The notes beneath the pieces were generated by a model. It saw only the letters and a program-made list of their open reading frames with translations. It made no database searches and was not told the DNA's origin. Of a stretch of DNA of 64,000 nucleotides, positions 24,901 through 37,029 are shown piece after piece. How positions within the stretch are numbered: position 1 is the first letter of the stretch; every line of letters starts with the position of its first letter. Source of the stretch: Balanoglossus misakiensis (lineage: Eukaryota; Animalia; Hemichordata); contig CM082579.2 in the NCBI GenBank assembly GCA_040954595.2, forward strand, positions 16,282,550 to 16,346,549. The letters run 5' to 3'. The translations under genes and the position numbers were made by a program.

Positions 24901-26278
24901 TTGTTTTCTCTGAAACCGCTTGTCCTATTGCATTGAACTTAGGCAGCATGTTCCTTGTAGTGATTGAAGTAAGATATTGTACAATTTTGGTGATATTTGC
25001 ATATTTGTGTTTTTGCCACTTTTGAACAAATATTTTCTGTGAAACTGCTTGTTGGATTGCTTTGAAATTAGTTTTTTCTCTGATTGCTTTGAAATTTAGG
25101 ATATAATTTCATAACACATACCTGTATATGTGCAACTTTTATTCAGTTCTGAGATCAGAAAGATTAAATATTTAGCGAGTTTTTTTGGTAAGTTTCTTAG
25201 TTTTTGGTTAGCAAATCTTCTCCTAAACAAATTGTCCAGTTGTTTTTAAAGTTACTATTTACAAGGAGTTGTTACCTCGAACAAAGACATGTTTACATAA
25301 CTTAAATAGGCCAGCTGTTACAGAGACCACCAGCTATCAAATTTTAATTACCAGTGGCAGGTCAGTGTGTGTCTGTTCCAGGGCTGACTGAAAGAAGTTG
25401 CTTCGCATATGTGTTTGTACAGACAATTTTTGGTCATTTTTTTTTCTAGCACCACTTGTAAGACTGCCATGACACATGACAGTTTATTGGGCATGTTCCT
25501 TGTTAATGTTTTTACATTCCATATTTCTATATGGTCAGATCATATCTGCTTGCAAATGTCACCTGTAATTTTTATTCTGGTGTGTCACTGTTTCCGCATA
25601 ATCCTCAAATGTCATCAGATCTCCGAATGTGATGAAAACAGTGTGTTTTGAGTGTTTTTTAAATGACCTTTTGGGTTAAAAGTGGCAAAAATGGCAATTT
25701 TGTCTTGAAAGGGGTCAATAAGACTGACTTTTTTGGAATCAGCACCATTTTTTACATTGAATGGACTAGTCTGCTCAAACTTTCCTTACCAACAATTCTG
25801 TTTAATCTTCTGTAACATGTATACTAGTATACATGTAGCTGCCTGATAGTTTGCCCTGCGTGTGTAATTGCTGAGTGACATAACGCATTCTGTGATTGGT
25901 GCAGTCACGTAACCACCAATGAGATCGCTTGTTATAAGGAGAACTGCACGACCTTTAACCGCATTAGCATACCTGATTTTTAGGGCTCGATATTACCTCT
26001 GAGGACGCAATATTTAAGTTGAAGTTTTTTTTCTTTTATCATATTAGAGCAAGAAGACTTGTTTTTATGTAAAAGAAATAAACCTTAATATACAGAGTGC
26101 ATTTTGAAACGATAGGCAGGTCCGGCCCATAGCCTAATTCTTCATTTTTCTGTCATGCGTAGGAATTGATCAGTGCTAACAACCCATGTCAAAATGGCAG
26201 CACTTGCCAACCCTAACCTCGTGTGGGGCATTGACGTGCACCTGCCAAGGATGCTATACTGGGAGCGCTGTGAAAATT
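18977..26278 (+). pseudogene. EGF-repeat exon cluster spanning the copy 1/2 boundary, 10 exons (18977-19091 plus 19984-19985, 20464-20586, 20902-21018, 21411-21533, then duplicates of the six later exons)
   Basis: LDQCSPNPCMNNGICEPISGSCSAFTCRCQGCIIGITCDQ, QTPCRPSPCLNNGQCTRLSCTTYECTCPGCFTGTHCSQ and others; AG/GT borders; TAG at 22190. Confidence 0.9.
19092..19976. mobile_element. 885-bp non-autonomous TIR element, P-element-like; also 40549-41433 and 57365-58249
   Basis: TIRs catagaccctagagaaagaagggcgagcaact / agttgcgcgtccttctttctctagggtccatg; 7-bp TSD gtcaaac at 19085-19091 and 19977-19983. CA...TG ends with a 7-8 bp TSD fit the P superfamily. Confidence 0.85.
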
Positions 26279-26922
26279 GTCAGTCAGTTTCTTTTGTCAA
26301 ATTAATCAATATGTGTGGGACTGCTATACATGTATATAAAACAGAATACTGCGATGGAAAATTCTATAACTTAATGTTTCACTGGATATATGACTTAAAG
26401 TTAGCAGGATGCAGTGAATTCAACAGAAAGTGTAATTTCCTCTTGTGTGAGCTTTGTGCGACTGTGCCAATGAAAATCTCACCACAAACAAAAATGACAG
26501 GTATACACTGTATATTAGCAGCTTTGTCTCTGTAATAGCCATAGTGTTTTGAAGTTGAAAACTTGCAAAGTGTGCAGTTTTATTCACACTACAAAGGAAA
26601 CATTGTTGAAACGGATTATCTGTGTACATTGTCAAACTGTACACTTGTCGCGAGATTTATTCTCAATTATATTATATCATGCTACCGTCCGCAATTCTGA
26701 TTGGACGAGAGCTAAATCCAGCGATGCTAAAATACTCAATAATGCACTGCTGACAGTGGTAAAACGGGCTTTCTGTTTGCCACATTGGTTAGTTCTTTAG
26801 GTTGTTGTATGTGTTTACACTCATCATGTTTATTGTAGAACCAGGGTCGATCAGTGAGGCAACTGCTGTTTGTTATATCTGCACTATTACTTGAGGCCTC
26901 CTGCCATTTGATTGTTGTACAG

Positions 26923-27748
26923 TGTCACGATATGATTTACATGGTCACCGGTCTGTGCAGTGACGACTTTTTGTTTGTGAATTCTGTTTTGTGAACGACA
27001 GTTCTGTGAATTTACATGTAGCAGACACAAGCACATGGTGTTTACAAGTTAGAGTAGGTATCTGAGCGGGTTATTAACATATTGTAAGTGTTACATCTGT
27101 TGGGTGACATCGAGTACGCCAATCAGCTTCCGAGACCGCGTTTGAAACGGACGTGATGCAAAACTGGTCATATAAAAGGTCGATGCTTCGGGTCTTAGGG
27201 GCTCCACTCTACTTCCAGCGTTCTTCTGGTCACCGTGTGTTGCTTCGGGGTACAGAGTCACCGTCACCGTCCGTGTCCGTGTTGGTTGGGCGTGCGTTCG
27301 TCTGTTGTGCCTGCCAGTCTACCAGTCATCGGTTGCGGGACTTCGGTCACCTACCTGCGTTTACGTCTGCATTGTCCACTCACCGTCGACCGTCTCCGAA
27401 CAGTCGTGAAGCCAGCGGCTCCGTTCCAGGCCCAGGAAATCGCCGTTTCGTCGGTTGCCGGACCTTGCTCGTCCTTCGCTCGGGAACTCTGGACATTGTT
27501 CTTGTCGTGAGTTTTTGTGTGCATAAATTTTTGTCACCCGCATTATTATAGGTAGTTCCTACAGAGGCATTTTATGTGCATAATTTTTGTATTTCGTTGT
27601 TTCTGGTGAATTACAATCTAGCTACACCATATTTAAATGTGTACGTGTGAGCTCTTTTCTGAACAACACTCTGGCTCCCAAACACTCATTTTGGCGATAC
27701 TAAATTCACGTCACAGTTGGCTAGTGTATCACCCACCATCTTGTGACA
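26923..27748 (+). repeat. 5' LTR (826 bp)
   Basis: Direct repeat of 32647-33472 (offset 5724); no differences noticed by eye. CCAAT at 27119 and TATAAAA at 27171. Confidence 0.97.
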
Positions 27749-27750
27749 AT

Positions 27751-27767
27751 TGGGGGCTCGTCCGGGA
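27751..27767 (+). promoter_or_regulatory. Primer-binding site complementary to tRNA-Pro 3' end
   Basis: TGGGGGCTCGTCCGGGA, 2 nt after the 5' LTR, matches 17 nt of the known tRNA-Pro PBS TGGGGGCTCGTCCGGGAT. Confidence 0.92.
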
Positions 27768-27868
27768 GCGTGAATTTTTTCTAAAATTTCCATTTCGTCA
27801 TTGTAATACCAGAGTGTAAGTTCGGAAAGGCTATCACTGTTGGAACGGCATTGGGTCAGTCTCAAAAC

Positions 27869-30800
27869 ATGGATTTGCAAGCATTGGTTACCCTTGGTAA
27901 AGAAATAGGTTATGAAGGTGAAGCACTTCAGAATTTTGTTAAAACTCAGCAGGATGTACAACGTGATGAGAGACAGAAAGAAAGAGAGTTTAAGCAGCGT
28001 GAACGAGAGATTGAGTTGCAACATCAAAAAGAAAGGGAACAGCGCGAACACCTTGAGAATTTGGAAAGAATAAAACTGTCCGCTATCAAAACGACTGAAG
28101 AGGGGGAGGGAATTTCCTTTGCTCCTGGTTTGGCTTACCGGGTTAAAGCGAGTGCGCCTAAATTACCTGCATTTCATGAAGCTAGGGATGAAATGGATGC
28201 ATATTTGTTCCGTTTTGAGAAATTTGCGACTAGTCAGGGTTGGCCAGAACAAACATGGGCGACCAGTGTGAGTGCGTTGCTCAGTGGAAAGGCGTTGACC
28301 GTTTATTCCTCCATGCCAGCGGCTGATGCGAATGATTACAACAAATTAAAAGAGGCGTTGCTTAAGCGTTATCAACTTAATGAAGAGGGTTTCCGAATGA
28401 AATTTCGTTCCAGTAAACAGGACAAATTCGAGACTGCCAAAGCCTATGTGGCACGTTTAGAACACTATTTCGATAGTTGGGCTTCTATGGCCAAAGTTGA
28501 CGGCAATTACTTCAGGTTAAAAGACCTTTTGTTGCGGGAACAATTTGTGGGTGGTTGTGAGCGAGATTTGTCGTTGTTTCTGCGTGAAAGGGTTATTGTA
28601 AATGTTGAAGAGATGGCTGAATATGCAGATCGTTTCACTGAAGCCAGAGAACAGGTGGTTTTTAAGGACCAGTTCCGCCATAAAAATAAGAACAAAAGTC
28701 AATTGTTTCAGAGCCAGACTGGAAAACAAAGTGACAGCCAGAATACTAATACTAGTAAAAATGGTGCTAGGGGTCCTGTCATTTGTTATAAATGTAATAA
28801 ACCAGGTCATGTTAGCTCTAAATGCTGGAGTAAAGTAGGGACAGATAGAACTAAACGTTCAAGTGTAGTGGCTAGTGTAATACAGGATAAACCAGATAAC
28901 AGTAGTCCTGTTAATGAAGTTAAAGTAGCAACTTGCGCTCAAGTTGATAAACTTTGTACCGAACCAAATGGATGTCTTCATTTACACGATAGCAGTGGTG
29001 TCAAATTAAGATGTGGACACATGTTACCTGTGGTGTCTATGACCAGCTTAGCTAATAAACCATTAATGGGAAATATGCCAGTTGTGGATGGAATTATTAA
29101 TGGTCAGAAAGTGAAAGTTCTGAGAGACAGTGGATGTAATAGTGTTATTGTCAGGAAAGACCTTGTTGATCCTTCCCAAATGACAGGTGAAGTCCGCACT
29201 TTTGTTATGATAGATAGGACATGTAGACAGGCTCCAATTGCTAAAGTGTCTGTGAACACTCCTTTTTACGTAGGAAGTTTGGAAGCCATGTGTGTCACTA
29301 ATCCTGTATATGACATAGTGTTAGGTAATGTAGATAGGGTTCGAGCGCCAAATGATCCTGACTTAAACTGGATGGAACCCCCAGTTAATGATGACTTTAA
29401 GTCTGGGAATGGCCCCGTAATTGCTAGTCAGGAATGTGAAACTGAAGATAGTGTAGGACCAAATAATGATGGGTGTTCTCCTGTAATTGTGCAAGCGGTG
29501 CAGACAAGGGCTCAAAAGAAGGCCGAAAAACGCCCAATGACAAAGTTAATTGTCCCAGAAATTGTTGAGGGGAATATTTCCGAGCCGGTCACTGCGGACG
29601 TGCTGAAGAAAGCACAAAATTTGGACCCGTCATTAAAACGTGCCAGGGAATTGGCGATTTCTGGTCAACAGGTAAATACTGGCAGAGCAAACTCCGCTCG
29701 GTTCTTCTTTAAGAAAGGTCTGTTATATCGGGAATACATGTCGCCGAAAATTGACCATGGCCAGACATTTACACAGTTGGTGGTACCTCAGAAAGTTCGT
29801 AATAATGTTATGGTATTGGCTCATGATTCTATTCTAGGTGGTCACCTAGGCACGAAGAAAACTTATGATAAAATTGCAACTCAATTTTATTGGCCAGGAA
29901 TATATGGCGATGTTGTTCGGTTTTGTCGCTCTTGCGATGTGTGTCAGCGTGTGTCACCCAAAGGTAGAGTAACTAAAGTGCCGTTGGGCAGTATGCCATT
30001 AATTGATGTTCCGTTTCAGAGGGTTGCGGTGGATTTGATCGGCCCGATCGATCCGGTAACTGACCGTGGTAATCGGTATATTTTGACTTTAGTGGACTAT
30101 GCAACTCGATATCCAGAAGCTGTTGTTCTGAAGCGTATTACGACTGAAGCTGTGGCGGAAGCGTTAGTGGATATTTACAGTCGAGTGGGCATACCACGTG
30201 AAATTTTGTCGGATTTGGGAACACAATTTATTTCGGATGTCATGAAGGAGGTAAATAGGTTATTGTCTATTAAACAGTTGACAACGACTCCCTATCACCC
30301 GGCTTGTAATGGCCTTTGTGAAAAATTCAACTCTGTTTTGAAGAATATGTTGCGCAAACTGTCTGCTGAACGACCCAAAGATTGGGATAGATATGTAAAT
30401 GCATTGTTGTTTGCGTATAGGGAAGCCCCTCAGGAAAGTACTGGGTTTTCTCCCTTTGAGTTGTTGTTTGGGCGAACAGTTAGGGGGCCCATGACAATTT
30501 TATCCGAATTATGGACTAAAGAAATTGAGGGTCCCGAAGTCAAGAGTACGTATCAGTATGTTTTGGACTTGCGCGAGCGGCTTGAACAAACATGCAAATT
30601 GGCACGAGATGAATTGGCCAAATCCCAGGTGCGCTATAAGAAATATTATGATCGGTCTGCCAAACCAAGAAAATTCAAAGTTGGTGATTCAGTGTTGGTG
30701 TTACTGCCGACAAATTATAATAAATTACTTATGCAATGGCAAGGCCCATATAAAATTACTGAAGTTGTAGGGGGTTTAGATTATCGTATTGAGGTGAGGG

Positions 30801-32440
30801 GGAAGTCCAAATTGTACCATGCAAATTTGTTGAAGAAGTATGAAGTGAGGGATGCTGGTGATGTCGCCTGTGATGTAATTAACCCGTGCACTGATTCTGT
30901 TGTGGGGTTGGGTGTAATGCATTGTGTTGCCAGCGCTGTTATTGAAGGCGAGGAGTCTGATTGTGATGACTGTGATGCGTTTCCTTGGAGATCTGAGCTC
31001 GTCCACACTATGCCTACTGAATCGAGTGAGTCTGTTGCGGATGTTCATATATCAACTGAGCTAGACGAAAAACAACAGAAACAAATAAAAAGTCTGCTCA
31101 GAGAGTTTTCAGATGTGCTCACAGATCTCCCAGGGCACAGCACAGTTGGCGAGCATGATATTAAGCTCGTCACTCCTGAACCCATTCGATCAAGGCCCTA
31201 TCCTCTTCCATTTTCCAAAACGGAAGAAGTCAAAAAGGAAGTTCAAAAGATGTTGGATATGAATGTCATAGAGCTATCTGACTCGCCTTATGCTTCACCG
31301 ATAGTTTTGGTAAAAAAGAAGGATGGTACAAACCGTTTTTGCATAGATTTTAGGAAGCTCAATAAGGTAACCGTTTTTGATTCAGAACCGATGCCGAATC
31401 CAGACGAATTGTTTGCACATTTATCTAATTGCCGCTACTTCACCAAGATTGATCTGACCAAAGGATATTGGCAGATTCCTTTGAAGGAGAATGCAAAAGA
31501 AAAAACAGCATTCCTTACGCCTTCTGGGTTGTACCAATTTCGTAAAATGCCGTTTGGCTTGAAAAATGCACCTTCAACATTTAACCGTGTAATGAGGAAG
31601 GTGCTGTCACAGGTAAATAATGTAACAAATATTCTTGATGATATTCTCATTGGGACTGTGACATGGGAACAACACCTGTGTACCGTGAGAGAGATTCTCA
31701 AGAGGTTACGTAGTGCTAATTTAACCGCTAGGCCAACGAAATGTTTCTTTGGGTATTTTTCATTAGAGTTTGTTGGTCATGGTGTGGGTAGAGGTATTTT
31801 GATGACAATGCCTGATAAAACTCATGCTATTGTCCGAGCCAAGCGTCCCGAAACTGTGACTGAAGTAAAGTCATTTCTGGGTTTAGCTGGATACTACAGG
31901 AAGTTTGTTCCTAATTTTGCTGCTATAGCAGCCCCACTTACTGATTTGACCCGAAAGGGTCAACCTCGAAAGGTCAAATGGGGTGATGCCCAAGAAAGAG
32001 CGTTTAATTTATTGAAAGATATGCTGAGTAAAGAACCGGTGCTGAGACTTCCAGATTTTAAGGAACCATTTATTTTGCGTACCGATGCTAGTGCTGTAGC
32101 ATTAGGTGGGGCTTTATTTCAATCCCACCCTGATGGTAAATTCCCAGTAGCATATGCTAGCAGGAAATTGTTGCCAAGGGAAACACGGTACTCTGTAATT
32201 GAGAGAGAATGCCTTGCAGTAATTTGGGCACTACGGAAGTTTCAACAATATCTGTACGGTAAACAATTTATTTTAGAGACAGACCATCAACCATTGATCT
32301 ATTTGAACAAAGCGAAAATTGCTAATAGTCGGTTGATGAGATGGGCACTGTACTTGCAATCTTTTGACTACAAAGTGTCTGCTATTAAAGGTACCGAAAC
32401 CATAGGAGCGGATTATTTGAGCCGTAGTTCCACAGAATAA
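27869..32440 (+). CDS. Gag-Pol polyprotein (1523 aa from first ATG): Gag/SCAN-like, CCHC knuckle, aspartic protease, integrase, reverse transcriptase, RNase H
   Basis: Uninterrupted ORF. CYKCNKPGHVSSKC; LRDSG (~29126); HHCC zinc finger (AHDSILGGHLG...CDVC); VAVD...SD-x35-E; GPY; DFRKLN, KIDLTKGYWQ, MPFGLKNAP, ILDD (31631-31642); TDAS, EREC, TDH, ADYLSR. Confidence 0.97.
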   Translation: MDLQALVTLGKEIGYEGEALQNFVKTQQDVQRDERQKEREFKQREREIELQHQKEREQREHLENLERIKLSAIKTTEEGEGISFAPGLAYRVKASAPKLPAFHEARDEMDAYLFRFEKFATSQGWPEQTWATSVSALLSGKALTVYSSMPAADANDYNKLKEALLKRYQLNEEGFRMKFRSSKQDKFETAKAYVARLEHYFDSWASMAKVDGNYFRLKDLLLREQFVGGCERDLSLFLRERVIVNVEEMAEYADRFTEAREQVVFKDQFRHKNKNKSQLFQSQTGKQSDSQNTNTSKNGARGPVICYKCNKPGHVSSKCWSKVGTDRTKRSSVVASVIQDKPDNSSPVNEVKVATCAQVDKLCTEPNGCLHLHDSSGVKLRCGHMLPVVSMTSLANKPLMGNMPVVDGIINGQKVKVLRDSGCNSVIVRKDLVDPSQMTGEVRTFVMIDRTCRQAPIAKVSVNTPFYVGSLEAMCVTNPVYDIVLGNVDRVRAPNDPDLNWMEPPVNDDFKSGNGPVIASQECETEDSVGPNNDGCSPVIVQAVQTRAQKKAEKRPMTKLIVPEIVEGNISEPVTADVLKKAQNLDPSLKRARELAISGQQVNTGRANSARFFFKKGLLYREYMSPKIDHGQTFTQLVVPQKVRNNVMVLAHDSILGGHLGTKKTYDKIATQFYWPGIYGDVVRFCRSCDVCQRVSPKGRVTKVPLGSMPLIDVPFQRVAVDLIGPIDPVTDRGNRYILTLVDYATRYPEAVVLKRITTEAVAEALVDIYSRVGIPREILSDLGTQFISDVMKEVNRLLSIKQLTTTPYHPACNGLCEKFNSVLKNMLRKLSAERPKDWDRYVNALLFAYREAPQESTGFSPFELLFGRTVRGPMTILSELWTKEIEGPEVKSTYQYVLDLRERLEQTCKLARDELAKSQVRYKKYYDRSAKPRKFKVGDSVLVLLPTNYNKLLMQWQGPYKITEVVGGLDYRIEVRGKSKLYHANLLKKYEVRDAGDVACDVINPCTDSVVGLGVMHCVASAVIEGEESDCDDCDAFPWRSELVHTMPTESSESVADVHISTELDEKQQKQIKSLLREFSDVLTDLPGHSTVGEHDIKLVTPEPIRSRPYPLPFSKTEEVKKEVQKMLDMNVIELSDSPYASPIVLVKKKDGTNRFCIDFRKLNKVTVFDSEPMPNPDELFAHLSNCRYFTKIDLTKGYWQIPLKENAKEKTAFLTPSGLYQFRKMPFGLKNAPSTFNRVMRKVLSQVNNVTNILDDILIGTVTWEQHLCTVREILKRLRSANLTARPTKCFFGYFSLEFVGHGVGRGILMTMPDKTHAIVRAKRPETVTEVKSFLGLAGYYRKFVPNFAAIAAPLTDLTRKGQPRKVKWGDAQERAFNLLKDMLSKEPVLRLPDFKEPFILRTDASAVALGGALFQSHPDGKFPVAYASRKLLPRETRYSVIERECLAVIWALRKFQQYLYGKQFILETDHQPLIYLNKAKIANSRLMRWALYLQSFDYKVSAIKGTETIGADYLSRSSTE

Positions 32441-32633
32441 ACCTGGAACTGAACGGAATTCTGGGATAGTTAAATTATTTCAGATGGTAAATCTTACATT
32501 ATAACGAAGAAATATTGTGTACGTATAAAAAGCATATTCCTTAATTTTATTTATTGGTATAGTGTAATCTTTTGGATAAACTTGTAAAAGTTTAACATTT
32601 GACAAAAATGTGTTTCTCCCCAATTTTTGTCTC

Positions 32634-32646
32634 AAAGGGGGAGTAG
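32634..32646 (+). promoter_or_regulatory. Polypurine tract
   Basis: aaagggggagtag immediately before the 3' LTR. Confidence 0.85.
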
Positions 32647-33472
32647 TGTCACGATATGATTTACATGGTCACCGGTCTGTGCAGTGACGACTTTTTGTTT
32701 GTGAATTCTGTTTTGTGAACGACAGTTCTGTGAATTTACATGTAGCAGACACAAGCACATGGTGTTTACAAGTTAGAGTAGGTATCTGAGCGGGTTATTA
32801 ACATATTGTAAGTGTTACATCTGTTGGGTGACATCGAGTACGCCAATCAGCTTCCGAGACCGCGTTTGAAACGGACGTGATGCAAAACTGGTCATATAAA
32901 AGGTCGATGCTTCGGGTCTTAGGGGCTCCACTCTACTTCCAGCGTTCTTCTGGTCACCGTGTGTTGCTTCGGGGTACAGAGTCACCGTCACCGTCCGTGT
33001 CCGTGTTGGTTGGGCGTGCGTTCGTCTGTTGTGCCTGCCAGTCTACCAGTCATCGGTTGCGGGACTTCGGTCACCTACCTGCGTTTACGTCTGCATTGTC
33101 CACTCACCGTCGACCGTCTCCGAACAGTCGTGAAGCCAGCGGCTCCGTTCCAGGCCCAGGAAATCGCCGTTTCGTCGGTTGCCGGACCTTGCTCGTCCTT
33201 CGCTCGGGAACTCTGGACATTGTTCTTGTCGTGAGTTTTTGTGTGCATAAATTTTTGTCACCCGCATTATTATAGGTAGTTCCTACAGAGGCATTTTATG
33301 TGCATAATTTTTGTATTTCGTTGTTTCTGGTGAATTACAATCTAGCTACACCATATTTAAATGTGTACGTGTGAGCTCTTTTCTGAACAACACTCTGGCT
33401 CCCAAACACTCATTTTGGCGATACTAAATTCACGTCACAGTTGGCTAGTGTATCACCCACCATCTTGTGACA
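32647..33472 (+). repeat. 3' LTR (826 bp)
   Basis: Direct repeat of 26923-27748, followed by TSD TACAG. Confidence 0.97.
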
Positions 33473-34074
33473 TACAGTGAAGCAGTATTCATCTCCCGAG
33501 CTGTCTTCCACTTTATGCACAGCTTTGACAGTTTCATCCTTGTCTACCCTATTTGCCTTGCCTTTTGATCGGTAGCATTTGGCAAAATAGTTAGGTTTGC
33601 CACACTTCCTGCATGACTTGCCTTTAGCTGGACATACTGATTTGCTTTGCATATTTAACTTAATGATCTCATTTGTTGGAATTCCCTGTCTCAAATTTTT
33701 GATGATCAGTCTCTGCCCCATTGCTCATCGTCCCAACTTTCTGATGATATATGGATGATAGATGGGATCAAATCTTTGGTCGTGTATTTGCTACAAATGG
33801 TAGGTATTGGTTCGTGATTGAGTCTTTGCGTTGTATATTTGGGGTCGCAGTGGTATGAGTTTGGATTTATGCCAATCTTTAAGTTAAGTGTTATTTGGGT
33901 TGCCGTTGAGCATTGATGGCTTGATAAGTGGGGCTAGGGTCAATTTTGATTGGGTTTGGATTGTTTGGGCTATGATAGGTTGGGTGATGGCTAGGATTTG
34001 TGGTGGGTATAAGGTGTGGTGTAAGAGATGGAGGCATTATGGGGTCTGGTGAGGTTATTGTGAAGGAGGCCATG

Positions 34075-36072
34075 GTGGCTGCAGAATTCAGGGCATGCTG
34101 TAGCGGTTGAATGCATGATGATGGTAAACCACAGAGTATTGCATTGCAGTAGTCCATTTTTGATGTGATTAGAGCATGAACCAGCATCTGGCAAACTTCC
34201 TTAGTGAGGTAACGGCGAATGTGGCTGATTTGACGCAGATGGAAGAAAATTGACTTGCAAATTGCATTAATGTGCTTATTGAAAGTGTAATTGTCGTCGA
34301 ATGTCACACCTATATTCCGTGCAGAATTCACAATTTGAACACAACATGATCCAATGCTCATGTGGTTTATGGGACGAGGCGAGCGGTTGAACTGAGACCT
34401 TATCAGGAGTACCTCGGGTTTGCCACCATTTAGTTGAAGTTTATTATGTGTCATCCAGGTTTTTATTTCGTGAACTGCCCTTTCCATCTTGTCTAATGTA
34501 CTTATGGTGTCTAACTGGAAGAAATATTGGTATAGTTGGTTGTCATCGGCATATTGGTGAAAATTGATGTTGTGGTGACAAATAGCTGCAGAACAAAAGT
34601 GGGCCAAGCACTGAACCGTGTGGTACTCCATATTGTAGATATTGAGGTTCTGACATTGTGCCATACAAACTGCTGTCTGTTCTTAAGATATGATGAGAAC
34701 CATTGTAGTGCGATGTTGGTGATGCCCAGTTTTGATAACCTTGAGATGATTGTGTCGTGATCTATGGTATCAAACACAGAGGAGAGATCGAGGAGAACCA
34801 TGAGTACACATTTACCGGCATCCAGTGCCATACAAATATTGTTGTTGACTTTAGTAAGTGCTGTTTCGGTACTGTGATCCTTTCGGTACGCTGACTGCAG
34901 TGGTTCTTGTAGTGAGTTGGTAGTCAAATATGATGTCAGTTGTTGTGCTACAATCTTCCCGATTACTTTTGACAGGAAGGTTAGGTTTGAAACTGGTCTA
35001 TAGTTCTTGAAAATGTTTTTGTCGAGCGAAGGTTTCTTGAGTATATTGGTGTGATGACTGCTATTTTAAGTTATTCAGGAACAGTTCCAGTTTTGAGTGA
35101 CAAATTGATAATTGTGGCTATGATAGTGAGCAGATTACCAAGACATTGCTTATCAAGTGCTGTAGGGATGAGATCAAGTACACGTGTTTTAGATGGAGAC
35201 TGACGGGTTGGTTATAAGCTGATATGGCTGAGGAGAGGTCATTTGGAGGCTAGGACATTTGATGTATTTTGTCGAGATCATGGCTGAAACTATCAATTGA
35301 AATGGCAGATATGACGATAAGATATTTGACGTCTACTGTGTGTTGGTTTCGGAAGAGCAAGTTTTGCATTGACAGGATTGTGATCAGAGAGTTCCAAGCA
35401 GTCTACAGAGACACTCTTGATGTTAGACGCAGAGTTAGATAAGATGAGATCAAGAGTATGACCCTTTCTGTGTGTTGGTTGTTGGACCCATTGTTTCAGA
35501 TTACAGGCGCTGATGATTCCATTAAATTTCTGTGTTACTGGATTCTTATCATCTTCTAGGTGAATATTGAAATCTCCTACGATGAAGAGATTACTTGAGC
35601 AGGTGACATACTTCTCAAGTGTTGTACTGAACTCTTCCATGAACTGTGGTGCGGTGAATTTATTATTAACTGATGGTGGTGGACGGTAGGCAAGAATTAT
35701 TTTCATGGAAAGTTTCTGGTGAAAAATAGTTGCTTCCGCTGCCTCAAAAGATTTAACAGAGAGAATAGGCTTCCAAGCTGTTTATTTTAGTGCTAGCTTA
35801 TGAATTTAAGCTAAGCCTCCACCGATCTTGCCAACCCCAGGTAGATGTTTGACAGCATAGCCTGGTGGTGTACATTCAGCCATTACGTGTTCGTCACCAG
35901 ATTCCTTCAACCATGTTTCAGTGAGTACAAGAATATCAATTTCTTTATCTGTGATGTAGTCTGCAATGTCTAATGATTTGCATCTAGCTGAGCGGACATT
36001 CCATGTAGAGAGTAGAAGTTCACACGTATTGTGGAAAGGGTGGATCTTTAATACTGCATAGTCACTCTTCAA
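34075..36072 (-). mobile_element. Decayed L2/CR1-group LINE ORF2, copy 2
   Basis: Same motifs and same frameshifts as 12640-14637. Confidence 0.92.
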
Positions 36073-37029
36073 TAGATATTTAGTGACTCGCTAACTGTTG
36101 CGATTCGTGTGTGTGTAATTTACGTACTTCAAGTTAAATATCGCAACTAGCCGTAATGTTTGACTAGGGGGAGCACCTATACTAATGCGAGTACCAGGGA
36201 TTGAAAGTTGCACCTGTATTTTGATCCCTTAGTTACCCTTATAAGTACATTTGTAGTTTAATAACCATAGTTCTATTGCAAACCATTCTTTCCGTAGTTT
36301 CTTGTTTCAAATATTGTAATCTGAATTTATTTTGATGTTTAACAGGTGTGATTATCTGTATTTGCGGCCATTTTGAAAAAAATTGGTTGCCATGGAAACT
36401 CTTCAACAGATATTTAGTGACTCGCTATCTGAATTTGTTCAGTACACATTAACACACATCTGAGCCAAGTTTGGTGCTTTTATCACAAAATACACAATCG
36501 ATATGAAAATTTGGGTTTTGGTGCTCCACTACCTAAGTAACATTAAGGATGTACGTTCAATAAAATGGAAAGTATTGTCATTTTTTTTAATTGTGGATTT
36601 TTTTATTCTCTTTTGTATGTATAATGAAAATCCGTAATAAAATATAGGGGTCACCGCGCTTGTTTTTGAAATACAGAGCCATGAAATTGGTCGATAATAG
36701 AAGAAATCTGCTGACTCAGCATTTTTCACCAATGGTTTGTTTGTCTATGGCCAAAATTCTTAATGCAATTTATCTCAAAAAAGAGCGCGGTGACCCCTAT
36801 ATTTTATTTGACCAATGAATTTATATTTGCTGGACTGAGCTATGTGTAAAATTTCGAGAAAATGACAATAGTAGAAGTTTGTTTTCTGGCGATTATCAAT
36901 GTAATCCTATGGGAAAAAGACCGGACACGCAGTGTTTCCGGTTTATGTTCTGCACGTACATCCTTGATGAAGTTTGCTGGCTAGAGGGCTCCTAAACCTC
37001 CTTAATATTTGACGTCTTCACTCCTACAG

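Larger units (their letters stand above)
26923..33472 (+). mobile_element. Full-length Gmr1-like Ty3/Gypsy LTR retrotransposon (6550 bp)
   Basis: TGTCAC...GTGACA ends, 5-bp TSD TACAG (26918-26922, 33473-33477), empty site with a single TACAG in copies 1 and 3, two 826-bp LTRs, PBS, PPT, intact gag-pol. Confidence 0.98.

Noticed and set aside
27153-27551. 132-aa ORF, duplicated at 32877-33275
   Set aside because: Lies wholly inside the LTR, starts at GTG and has no recognisable motif; its duplication reflects LTR identity.
27851-27868. TTG start given for the polyprotein by the ORF track
   Set aside because: Eukaryotic element; the first in-frame ATG at 27869 is the more plausible start.
27686-31701. 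Antisense or overlapping short ORFs within gag-pol
   Set aside because: Shadows of the long coding frame with no independent motifs.
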